From Octopus vulgaris (taxonomy: Eukaryota), in assembly GCA_951406725.2 (NCBI GenBank), contig OX597817.1:45632001-45696000 (forward strand): a stretch of 64,000 nucleotides of DNA, given 5' to 3'. Positions within the stretch are counted from its first letter, which is position 1, and each line of letters opens with the position of its first letter. Below are positions 41,481 through 52,908 of the stretch, piece after piece. Below the pieces are notes generated by a model. That model worked only from the letters and a program-made list of their open reading frames with translations. It was not told the DNA's origin and searched no databases. The translations under genes and the position numbers were made by a program.

Positions 41481-42280
41481 AAGATATACGACTTTGGGAG
41501 ACTTTAGAAAGTGTCTTTCCAGAAGTTTCTACAACATACTCGACTTGACCAATGCCTTCGTGAAGAAATATTTCTGGGAGCTTGTTTCATAGATATATGT
41601 GTCCTTTTGAGTGTGTACGGTTGTGTTGACATATGTGAGTGAACATAGTCAATTTTTTTAAATATGTGTCCTAACATGCCTTTTCGCTTGGAAACGTTTG
41701 AGAGAAATGGATTACCAGATCTTCTCACTTAATTGGCGGAGTGTATATAGAAAACATGGAAATAATTTCCAGAACTACAGACGATGTAGGATGATGGCGC
41801 ATCAACAATAATCATTTGCCACGCAGCAGGGTCGCAGAAGTGAATGGTGATATAATAAATGTGATTGGGCAGTTGTTACTTGCAAGGTTTGTGGAAAGAC
41901 ATTTCTATGGCGGTTTCCTTAGGAAAAGCTCCAGAGCGTTTGAGGAAATAATTGGAATTAAAAAATCAACTTGAAGTGAGATTATATACTGAAAAGTATC
42001 ACCAAATATCTTAGACACACACATCTTCCACTTGTAAGGAACCACAGACGCAAAATTAATAATACTTCTAATCCCCTTGAAGGTTAGAATTTTTATACAA
42101 CTTCATTTTATGTTACACCGATGTTGGGTTTTAAAACTTTTCTTTCACGAGAAAAATAATTTAGGTAAGTGTGAGCCGATATTTGAGTTGAAGAGTGGTT
42201 TGTAGCTGCCGATATTAAGCTTTTTTTTTCATTTGGGAAAGCCGTGATTATTTATTCAGTATAGGAAGTTTTGGATACCT

Positions 42281-42507
42281 CTCTTTTACTTGTTTCAGTC
42301 AATTTGACTGCGGCCATGCTTGAGCATCGCCTTCAGCCGAACAAATCGACCCCAGGACGTATTCTTTGTAAGCCTAGTACTTATTATATCGGTCTCTTTT
42401 GCCGAACCACTAAGTTACGGGGACGTAAACACACCACCATCGGTTGTCAAGCGATGTTGGGGGAGACAAAAACAGACACACAAACATACACGCACACACG
42501 CACTTAC

Positions 42508-42554
<47 letters not shown>

Positions 42555-42791
42555 GACAGTGCCCCAGCAGGGCCACAGCTCGTGGATAAAATAAAATAAA
42601 AAGATAAAAAATATATATATACATATATTCGACTGGCTTCACTCAGTTTCCGTCTACCAAATCCACACACAAGGCTTTGGTCGGCCCAAGGCTGTAGTAA
42701 AAGACACTTGACGAAGTTGCCACGTAGTGGGACTAAACCGAGAACCATGTGGTTGGTAGCAAGCTACTTACCATGTTGCCACTCCTACCCC
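42281..42791 (-). mobile_element. SINE family A with internal SINE-tail insertion
   Basis: Matches 39042-39476; extra gtgccccagcagggccacagctc at ~42559, also seen at 11401. Confidence 0.8.
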
Positions 42792-43848
42792 TACCTGCTG
42801 GGATGAGAAACAAACCAAGCTCAGAAAAATCACCCACGATTCGCTAACGTGTATTTCGGAATTTGCATATGAATGTAAATTCATAATCGTAAATAACTGT
42901 GCGTAAATGACGTATCCTTATAACTGCGTACCAATGCATTTGCAATATTACCTTGTTTTTGACTCGATGCTATTTCGAATACTTTGAGAGTCGGATTCGA
43001 GTCATCCAAGATCTCAGAGCCATAAACCTCGATGAGTATGTGCTTTTTCAGCTCAGTTTTTCCTAACCTAGATTGATTCTTTGCTCGACAAACAGACAAC
43101 AGATATTTCTTTGCGGTGTTTGTGGTGCTACTGCGTTAATGAAATATAAATATTTATGCAGCTTTCTCGAAACATAAAATCTCGTATAATGCCCTTGACG
43201 TGTGAGAGATCGATTCTTGGTCTTGCCATACTGTTGTATACCGTAAGAGTCAATGAATAAAAAGAGAAAAAAAGACAAAAACCATACAAATTTAAAGTAA
43301 TAGAAAGGCAGATAAGAGGTTTTTTTATACCATATAACTGGTCGTGAACTAGTATACGTATACGCTTCGCATACCTAGTTTCAACTTATTTCGTATAGCG
43401 AAAGCCATGAATATTTATAAATAACTAACATAAATACAAAATTGCATTTTTGTTGATGAAGAATAATTATTAATTTTCATATCGTTTATTATCAAAAGTT
43501 TCAGATGATTTATTATCCTAAAAGTGTTGTATCTCCTAATGACTTTTTTCTTCCTTTCTTTCATTTAAATTCTTTTACTTACTGTCAACACATTTTAGTG
43601 TAATATGTTATCATCATATACTTATTGTTTTTAATATAAATTTATCTGACTTTTAATTACACAAGTTTTAGTCGTCTTTTATCATTTACGCAATGAAATT
43701 TATATACTAAATTTCCTGAAATGATCCTAGAATTTTACATTACTGCAACTCAGTGCAGGTTCAAATCCTGTATAAGCAATTTTATTTATATTAGAAATGT
43801 CGGTTTCAAATTCTTCCTCTCCCCAGCATGTTTGAGGTGGCGGAATGA

Positions 43849-44205
43849 GTTTCAGTCATTTGACTGTGGCCATGCTGAAGCACCTCCTTTAGTCGAGCAA
43901 ATCGACCCCAGGACTTATTTTTTGTAAGCCAATACTTATTCTATCGGACTCTTTTGCCGAACCGCTAAGATACGGAGACGTAAACACACCAGCATCAGTT
44001 GTCAAGCGATATTGGGGAGAACAAACACATACACACACACATATATATATATACGACGGCATTCTTTTCAGTTTCCGTCTACCAAATCCACTCGCAAGGT
44101 TTTGTTCGGCCCGAGGATATAGTAGAAGACACTTGCCCAAGGTGCCACGCAGTGGGACTGAACCCGGAACTATGTGGTTCGTAAGCAGGCTACTTACCAC
44201 ACAGT
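43849..44205 (-). mobile_element. SINE family A
   Basis: Matches 39042-39476. Confidence 0.85.
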
Positions 44206-44591
44206 CGTATATGGAAAGCTAAAAATAGAGACATATTTCGCTATAGAATAAAGCGAAAAATAATCATGAGCAAATAAAGAGAAAAACAATGAGAAATCTA
44301 AAAGTTAATCGCTTCCTAATGAAATAGCTGCTGTGTCTATATGAGGCGTAAACAATAGTTACCACTATAGACAGGAAATATGTGGGGAATGAAAATAGAA
44401 TATGCTTTTTTTTCATTAGTACTTATGGGAAATGGGAAATATTGAAAAACATTTAATTATATTTGAATTTGAAGTGGAATAATATATAAAGAACTTAGAA
44501 TACAAATAGAAGTGTTATCCAGGACGTCGTATTTGCTAAGTTCATATTTTAATAATATTTTATCGCAATGACTGAATTATTCTCTGTGTAT

Positions 44592-45237
44592 ACAGGTTTC
44601 AGATTTTGGCACAGGGGCAACAATTACGTTGAGGGGACGCCAGTGCTCTGTTCGTATTTATTTTATCAATCTCGAAAAAATGAGAGGCAAAGTCGACCTC
44701 GGCAGAATTTGATCTCAGAGCGTAACAGCAGACGAAATACCCATTTCTTTACTACCCACAAGGGGCTTAACACAGAGAGGACAAACAAGGACAGACAAAC
44801 GGATTAAGTCGATTATATCGACTCCAGTGCGTAACTGGTACTTATTTAATCGACCCCGAAAGGATGAAAGGCAAAGTCGACCTCGGCGGAATTTGAACTC
44901 TGAATGTAACAGCAAACAAAATATCTATTTCTTTACTACCTACAAGGGGCTAAACGCAGAGAGGACTAACATGAACAAATAAACGGATTTATGTCGATTA
45001 TATCGACCCCAGTGCGTAACTGGTACTTATTTAACCGACTCCGAAAGGATGAAAGGCAAAGTTGACCTCGGCGGAATTTGAACTCAGAACATAGCGGCAG
45101 ACGAAATAACTACTTCTTTTTACTACCAATTAAAATACAGAGGGAACAAACAAGGACAGACATACGGATTAAGTTGATTATATCGACCCCAGTGCATTTC
45201 GCCCGGCGTGCTAACGTTTCTGCCAGCACAACGCCTT
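44592..45237 (-). mobile_element. Nested tandem cluster of SINE family B
   Basis: Three units ending in the gg(t)agtaaagaa-type tail (tail ends near 44742, 44927 and 45114) lie between the head (45194-45237) and body (44592-44740) of a host family B copy. Confidence 0.8.
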
Positions 45238-45831
45238 ATATCAGTAATTGTATCGTCGAAATCCTGTATAAAACGACGCAGTGCCATTCGTACAATGTTA
45301 AATAAATAAATATTACAAGGCTACATTTGTTTCTGTAATGAACAAGGATATAATTCAATATGTATTCTCTTTTCCCGTTAAGTTGTTACTTGCACGTATG
45401 GCAGTAATCACACATACATGTCAATGTAAAGATGCGCGACTTGTTAATTAAATCGTTCAACACACGATGATAAAGACGTGAGTTTGTTTCTAGACAGCAT
45501 TCTTTTTAACTATTCCAGTTCATTCAGTTGAAAATGTGTACCAACTAAATGTTGGTGGAGTCCTTCTTCGTTTCAGCTGTTCTATTCACGATATTCCGAC
45601 GGATTAAGTGCTGTGGGGACGAAATATTGCTTATAAATAATCGCAAATACTTAGGCAGCAAAAGCAGTTAGCATAAGTATGGTGATTCTTTATTACCCAC
45701 TAGGGGCGACACAGAGGTGGACACCAAGAGACATGGGGACATAGAACATTATAATTAAAATTTATGAAAATGAATTGTTAAACGAAAAAATGATAAAATG
45801 AAAGCGATACCAACGGCCCCGTCCGTCAGCA

Positions 45832-47254
45832 TCACTTACCTGTCCTTTGTTTTTCATAGTCACTTGAATGTTCTTTGCCAATACGAATAAATTCCATATC
45901 CATTCTTACTCCGAAATACTCATCCATATTTTCCACGAATTCATCGCTCATTCTTATATCTTTCACCTCCCAATTCTCCCTTTCACACCTCACCATAAAC
46001 TCACCTATGTTCTTCTTTTCAATCACAGCATACCTAGTCTCACCAACTTCATACCATTTATACTCTTCCATTAGACTTTTAACTTCTTTCTGTTCAGTCA
46101 TAGTACAAATGTACGGCCTGATATCGAATTCAATCTCTTGTCTGTGTGTGTATTCTTTTTTTTTCTTTTGTTTTCTTGTTGGGGGGGAGCGGGTGGGTTC
46201 AATGTCTGCAGGAATAGTGTGGGACTCAGAGGGTGTGGGTGGTTTTGGGGTAGATTGGTGTTCCATGTTATTTTCTTTGCCTCGTATTCTTCTCTTCATC
46301 TTATTTCCAGCTTCCTTCCATTTCTGTGTATTCTCTTCCTCTTCTACTGTCTCCTTCTCCTCTGGTTTCTGCTTCTCTCTCTCTGGTTCGGAATCCATTT
46401 CTTTCCCTGGGGGAGGGCAGAAGGCTCTTATGTGACCCCTCAGGCCACACTTGTAACAACGTGGAGCTCTGCCCTCCACCCACACTCTCATGATCACGTC
46501 TCACAATCTGATGCTTTCCGCCAGGTCCACCAGTACCTCGGTCTCTGCCTGTACGTTCAGCTCCACTGTTACGCCTCTCCATCCCTCGGACTTAACCGAG
46601 GCATGGAGAATATCCACTTCCTCCTCGTGGCCGCTGATCACAGCCGCCACAATCCACTCTGCCTCCACGTTTGGTGGCACTCCCTCCACCCTTATTCGTG
46701 TAATCCTTCTGTTTAAATACGTAGGTAAGTGTTACCTTTTCTGACTTCACCGCCTTCGCCGCCATCTTCCTCGCTGCAGATTCACTTTTAAAATGTACCA
46801 CTACGGTTCCGTACTTGGATCCTCGAGTCAGAAAATTTATTTCCTCCTCAGTTCTTCTCAGGGCTTCCTCTATCCATTCCATGGTTACAACTTCTACCCT
46901 CTTCCATTCGTTTGCGAACACCCTGTAAATAATGGTCCTCTTATCATACCATTCTTTTCTCCTGGGTGTCGGTGATAGTTCCACCTCACCGCTTTCCTTT
47001 TTCATGTATTTCTGGTAACTTGGTAGCTTGGCCAAGTCGACCCCTTTCTCTTCCGCCTTCTTGGTTACACCGGCAGAGGTATAACCCAGCTTCTAATCCA
47101 ATTTCTTCGCTGCCATTTCTAGCTCATTCTCAGACGTAGACAAGTCTGATAAAGACTCAAAAACTCCAGCCTTTTCTTCCATCAGCTTCATTGTAATTGC
47201 CTGTTCCAGTTCCTCATCTGTCGTGGACAAGTCTGTTAGAGACTCATAGTCCAT
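45832..47254 (-). pseudogene. Unit 1 ORF1-like gene, disrupted
   Basis: Fragments 46592-47035, 46501-46689 and 45832-46497; nonsense codons at ~47093 and 46501 and a 2-nt deletion at ~46728. Confidence 0.85.
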
Positions 47255-47599
47255 TTCCTTCTGTCTGACAGACCGAAAACGGCCGCCAAAACAGAAAAAG
47301 TGTAACGCGCAGAACGAGCGAAACGCGAAACCGCATCAACGCCGTTCACAATTTCCACAACAACAACAACGCTTTTTGTTCTTTTTTACCGAATTTTCAG
47401 GAGCCGAAAAAAACACAACCGACCAAATGGGTTAGCATAAGTATGGTGTTTCATAATTACCCACTAGGGGCGACACAGAGATGGACACCAAAAGACATGG
47501 GGACATAGAACATTTATAATTAAAATTTATGAAAAATGAATTGTTAAGTGAAAGAAAATGATATTATGAAAGCGATACCAACGGCCCCATCCGTCAGCA

Positions 47600-49021
47600 T
47601 CACTTACCTGTCCTTTGTTTTTCATCGTCCCTTGAATGTTCTTTGCCAATACGAATAAATTCCATATCCATTCTTACTCCGAAATACTCATCCATATTTT
47701 CCACGAATTCATCGCTCATTCTTATATCTTTCACCTCCCAATTCTCCCTTTCACACCTCACCATAAACTCACCTATGTTCTTCTTTTCAATCACAGCATA
47801 CCTAGTCTCACCAACTTCATACCATTTATACTCTTCCATTAGACTTTTAACTTCTTTCTGTTCAGTCATAGTACAAATGTACGGCCTGATATCGAATTCA
47901 ATCTCTTGTCTGTGTGTGTATTCTTTTTTTCTATTGTTTTCTTGTTGGGGGGAGCGGGTGGGTTCAATGTCTGCATGGATAGGGTGGGACTCAGAGGGTG
48001 TGGGTGGTTTTGGGGTAGATTGGTGTTCCATGTTATTTTCTTTTCCTCGTATTCTTCTCTTCCTCTTATTTCCAACTTCCTTCCATTTCTGTGTATTTTC
48101 TTCCTCTTCTACTGTCTCCTTCTCTTCTGGTTTCTGCTTCTCTCTCTCTGGTTCGGAATCCATTTCTTTCCCTGGGGGAGGGCAGAAGGCTCTTATGTGA
48201 CCCCTCAGGCCACACTTGTAACAACGTGGAGCTCTGCCCTCCACCCACACTCTCATGATCACGTCTCCCAATCTGATGCTTTCCGCCAGGTCCACCAGTA
48301 CCTCGTTCTCCGCCTGTACGTTCAGCTCCACTGTTACGCCTCTCCAGCCCTCGGACTTAACCGAGGCATGGAGAATATCTACTTCCTCCTCGTGGCCGCT
48401 GATCACAGCCGCCACAATCCACTCTGCCTCCACGTTTGGGGGCACTCCCTCCACCCTTATTCGTGTAATCCTTTTGTTTAAATACATAGGGAAAAGTGTT
48501 ACCTTTTCTGACTTCACCGCCTTCGCCGCCATCTTCCTCGCTGCAGACTCACTTTTAAAATGCACAACTACTGTACCGTACTTGGATCCTCGAGTCAGAA
48601 AATTAATTTCCTCCTCAGTTCTCCTCAGGGCTTCCTCTATCCATTCCATGGTTACAACTTCTACCCTCTTCCTTTCGTTTGCGAACACCCTGTAAATAAT
48701 GGTCCTCTTATCATACCATTCTTTTCTCCTGGGTGTCGGTGATAGTTCCACCTCACCGCTTTCCTTTTTCATGTATTTCTGGTAACTTGGTAGCTTGGCC
48801 AAGTCGACCCCTTTCTCTTCCGCCTTCTTGGTTACACCGGCGTAGGTATATCCCAGCTTCTCGTCCAATTTCCTTGCTGCCATTTCTAGCTCCTTCTCAG
48901 ACGTAGACAAGTCTGATAAAGACTCGAAACCTCCAGCCTTTTCTTCCATCAGCTTCATTGCAATTGCCTGTTCCAGTTCCTCATCTGTCGTGGACAAGTC
49001 TGTTAGAGAATCATAGTCCAT
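47600..49021 (-). CDS. Unit 2 ORF1/gag-like nucleic-acid-binding protein, 473 aa (L1/Tx1-type)
   Basis: CYKCGLRGHIRAFC (CX2CX4HX4C) preceded by RRM-like alpha/beta segments (GTVVVHFKSESAARK, TRIRVEGVP, MRVWVEGR). Continuity past codon ~360 depends on homopolymer lengths at ~47920-47955. Confidence 0.8.
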   Translation of the reverse strand: MDYDSLTDLSTTDEELEQAIAMKLMEEKAGGFESLSDLSTSEKELEMAARKLDEKLGYTYAGVTKKAEEKGVDLAKLPSYQKYMKKESGEVELSPTPRRKEWYDKRTIIYRVFANERKRVEVVTMEWIEEALRRTEEEINFLTRGSKYGTVVVHFKSESAARKMAAKAVKSEKVTLFPMYLNKRITRIRVEGVPPNVEAEWIVAAVISGHEEEVDILHASVKSEGWRGVTVELNVQAENEVLVDLAESIRLGDVIMRVWVEGRAPRCYKCGLRGHIRAFCPPPGKEMDSEPEREKQKPEEKETVEEEENTQKWKEVGNKRKRRIRGKENNMEHQSTPKPPTPSESHPIHADIEPTRSPQQENNRKKEYTHRQEIEFDIRPYICTMTEQKEVKSLMEEYKWYEVGETRYAVIEKKNIGEFMVRCERENWEVKDIRMSDEFVENMDEYFGVRMDMEFIRIGKEHSRDDEKQRTGK

Positions 49022-49368
49022 TTCCTTCTGTCTGACAGACCGAAAACGGCCGCCAAAACAGAAAAAAGTTTAACGCGCAGAACGAGCGAAACGCGAAACC
49101 GCATCAACGCCGTTCAGAATTTCCACAACAACAACAACGCTTTTTGTTCTTTTTTACCGAATTTTCAGGAGCCGAAAAAAAACACAACCGACCAAATGGG
49201 TTAGCATAAGTATGGTGTTTCATAATTACCCACTAGGGGCGACACAGAGGTGGACACCAAAAGACATGGGGACATAGAACATTTATAATTAAAATTTATG
49301 AAAAATGAATTGTTAAGTGAAAGAAAATGATATTATGAAAGCGATACCAACGGCCCCATCCGTCAGCA

Positions 49369-50793
49369 TCACTTACCTGTCCTTTGTTTTTCATCGTCCC
49401 TTGAATGTTCTTTGCCAATACGAATAAATTCCATATCCATTCTTACTCCGAAATACTCATCCATATTTTCCACGAATTCATCGCTCATTCTTATATCTTT
49501 CACCTCCCAATTCTCCCTTTCACACCTCACCATAAACTCACCTATGTTCTTCTTTTCAATCACAGCATACCTAGTCTCACCAACTTCATACCATTTATAC
49601 TCTTCCATTAGACTTTTAACTTCTTTCTGTTCAGTCATAGTACAAATGTACGGCCTGATATCGAATTCAATCTCTTGTCTGTGTGTGTATTCTTTTTTTT
49701 TCTATTGTTTTCTTGTTGGGGGGGAGCGGGTGGGTTCAATGTCTGCATGGATAGGGTGGGACTCAGAGGGTGTGGGTGGTTTTGGGGTAGATTGGTGTTC
49801 CATGTTATTTTCTTTTCCTCGTATTCTTCTCTTCCTCTTATTTCCAACTTCCTTCCATTTCTGTGTATTTTCTTCCTCTTCTACTGTCTCCTTCTCTTCT
49901 GGTTTCTGCTTCTCTCTCTCTGGTTCGGAATCCATTTCTTTCCCTGGGGGAGGGCAGAAGGCTCTTATGTGACCCCTCAGGCCACACTTGTAACAACGTG
50001 GAGCTCTGCCCTCCACCCACACTCTCATGATCACGTCTCCCAATCTGATGCTTTCCGCCAGGTCCACCAGTACCTCGTTCTCCGCCTGTACGTTCAGCTC
50101 CACTGTTACGCCTCTCCAGCCCTCGGACTTAACCGAGGCATGGAGAATATCTACTTCCTCCTCGTGGCCGCTGATCACAGCCGCCACAATCCACTCTGCC
50201 TCCACGTTTGGGGGCACTCCCTCCACCCTTATTCGTGTAATCCTTTTGTTTAAATACATAGGGCAAAGTGTTACCTTTTCTGACTTCACCGCCTTCGCCG
50301 CCATCTTCCTCGCTGCAGACTCACTTTTAAAATGCACAACTACTGTACCGTACTTGGATCCTCGAGTCAGAAAATTAATTTCCTCCTCAGTTCTCCTCAG
50401 GGCTTCCTCTATCCATTCCATGGTTACAACTTCTACCCTCTTCCTTTCGTTTGCGAACACCCTGTAAATAATGGTCCTCTTATCATACCATTCTTTTCTC
50501 CTGGGTGTCGGTGATAGTTCCACCTCACCGCTTTCCTTTTTCATGTATTTCTGGTAACTTGGTAGCTTGGCCAAGTCGACCCCTTTCTCTTCCGCCTTCT
50601 TGGTTACACCGGCGTAGGTATATCCCAGCTTCTCGTCCAATTTCCTTGCTGCCATTTCTAGCTCCTTCTCAGACGTAGACAAGTCTGATAAAGACTCGAA
50701 ACCTCCAGCCTTTTCTTCCATCAGCTTCATTGCAATTGCCTGTTCCAGTTCCTCATCTGTCGTGGACAAGTCTGTTAGAGAATCATAGTCCAT
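49369..50793 (-). CDS. Unit 3 ORF1-like gene, 363 aa, single in-frame TAG then same-frame C-terminal domain
   Basis: ORFs 49702-50793 and 49369-49638 are in the same frame; TAG replaces the AAG of unit 1. Confidence 0.75.
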
Positions 50794-51139
50794 TTCCTTC
50801 TGTCTGACAGACCGAAAACGGCCGCCAAAACAGAAAAAAGTTTAACGCGCAGAACGAGCGAAACGCGAAACCGCATCAACGCCGTTCAGAATTTCCACAA
50901 CAACAACAACGCTTTTTGTTCTTTTTTACCGAATTTTCAGCAGCCGAAAAAAACACAACCGACCAAATGGGTTAGCATAAGTATGGTGTTTCATAATTAC
51001 CCACTAGGGGCGACACAGAGATGGACACCAAAAGACATGGGGACATAGAACATTTATAATTAAAATTTATGAAAAATGAATTGTTAAGTGAAAGAAAATG
51101 ATATTATGAAAGCGATACCAACGGCCCCATCCGTCAGCA

Positions 51140-52562
51140 TCACTTACCTGTCCTTTGTTTTTCATCGTCCCTTGAATGTTCTTTGCCAATACGAATAAAT
51201 TCCATATCCATTCTTACTCCGAAATACTCATCCATATTTTCCACGAATTCATCGCTCATTCTTATATCTTTCACCTCCCAATTCTCCCTTTCACACCTCA
51301 CCATAAACTCACCTATGTTCTTCTTTTCAATCACAGCATACCTAGTCTCACCAACTTCATACCATTTATACTCTTCCATTAGACTTTTAACTTCTTTCTG
51401 TTCAGTCATAGTACAAATGTACGGCCTGATATCGAATTCAATCTCTTGTCTGTGTGTGTATTCTTTTTTTTCTATTGTTTTCTTGTTGGGGGGAGCGGGT
51501 GGGTTCAATGTCTGCATGGATAGGGTGGGACTCAGAGGGTGTGGGTGGTTTTGGGGTAGATTGGTGTTCCATGTTATTTTCTTTTCCTCGTATTCTTCTC
51601 TTCCTCTTATTTCCAACTTCCTTCCATTTCTGTGTATTTTCTTCCTCTTCTACTGTCTCCTTCTCTTCTGGTTTCTGCTTCTCTCTCTCTGGTTCGGAAT
51701 CCATTTCTTTCCCTGGGGGAGGGCAGAAGGCTCTTATGTGACCCCTCAGGCCACACTTGTAACAACGTGGAGCTCTGCCCTCCACCCACACTCTCATGAT
51801 CACGTCTCCCAATCTGATGCTTTCCGCCAGGTCCACCAGTACCTCGTTCTCCGCCTGTACGTTCAGCTCCACTGTTACGCCTCTCCAGCCCTCGGACTTA
51901 ACCGAGGCATGGAGAATATCTACTTCCTCCTCGTGGCCGCTGATCACAGCCGCCACAATCCACTCTGCCTCCACGTTTGGGGGCACTCCCTCCACCCTTA
52001 TTCGTGTAATCCTTTTGTTTAAATACATAGGGCAAAGTGTTACCTTTTCTGACTTCACCGCCTTCGCCGCCATCTTCCTCGCTGCAGACTCACTTTTAAA
52101 ATGCACAACTACTGTACCGTACTTGGATCCTCGAGTCAGAAAATTAATTTCCTCCTCAGTTCTCCTCAGGGCTTCCTCTATCCATTCCATGGTTACAACT
52201 TCTACCCTCTTCCTTTCGTTTGCGAACACCCTGTAAATAATGGTCCTCTTATCATACCATTCTTTTCTCCTGGGTGTCGGTGATAGTTCCACCTCACCGC
52301 TTTCCTTTTTCATGTATTTCTGGTAACTTGGTAGCTTGGCCAAGTCGACCCCTTTCTCTTCCGCCTTCTTGGTTACACCGGCGTAGGTATATCCCAGCTT
52401 CTCGTCCAATTTCCTTGCTGCCATTTCTAGCTCCTTCTCAGACGTAGACAAGTCTGATAAAGACTCGAAACCTCCAGCCTTTTCTTCCATCAGCTTCATT
52501 GCAATTGCCTGTTCCAGTTCCTCATCTGTCGTGGACAAGTCTGTTAGAGAATCATAGTCCAT
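51140..52562 (-). CDS. Unit 4 ORF1-like gene, frameshifted in homopolymer region (374 aa)
   Basis: ORFs 51438-52562 and 51140-51616; otherwise nearly identical to units 2 and 3. Confidence 0.7.
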
Positions 52563-52908
52563 TTCCTTCTGTCTGACAGACCGAAAACGGCCGCCAAAAC
52601 AGAAAAAAGTTTAACGCGCAGAACGAGCGAAACGCGAAACCGCATCAACGCCGTTCAGAATTTCCACAACAACAACAACGCTTTTTGTTCTTTTTTACCG
52701 AATTTTCAGCAGCCGAAAAAAACACAACCGACCAAATGGGTTAGCATAAGTATGGTGTTTCATAATTACCCACTAGGGGCGACACAGAGATGGACACCAA
52801 AAGACATGGGGACATAGAACATTTATAATTAAAATTTATGAAAAATGAATTGTTAAAGTGAAAAAAATGATATTATGAAAGCGATACCAACGGCCCCATC
52901 CGTCAGCA

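Larger units (their letters stand above)
45667..52757 (+). repeat. 18-bp junction sequence gttagcataagtatggtg, five copies
   Basis: Identical at 45667-45684, 47431-47448, 49200-49217, 50971-50988 and 52740-52757. Confidence 0.95.

Noticed and set aside
42950-43135. Possible minus-strand exon (KKYLLSVCRAKNQ...EIASSQKQ)
   Set aside because: Weak splice signals and no recognisable homology.
47600-49021. LTR-retrotransposon gag or tandem host gene family
   Set aside because: No LTRs, primer-binding site or pol; intronless; 16-18-bp TSDs and 5' truncation indicate non-LTR retroposition.
45667-52757. 18-bp repeats as a CRISPR-like array
   Set aside because: Intervening sequences are 1.75-kb near-identical elements, the context is eukaryotic and no cas genes are present.
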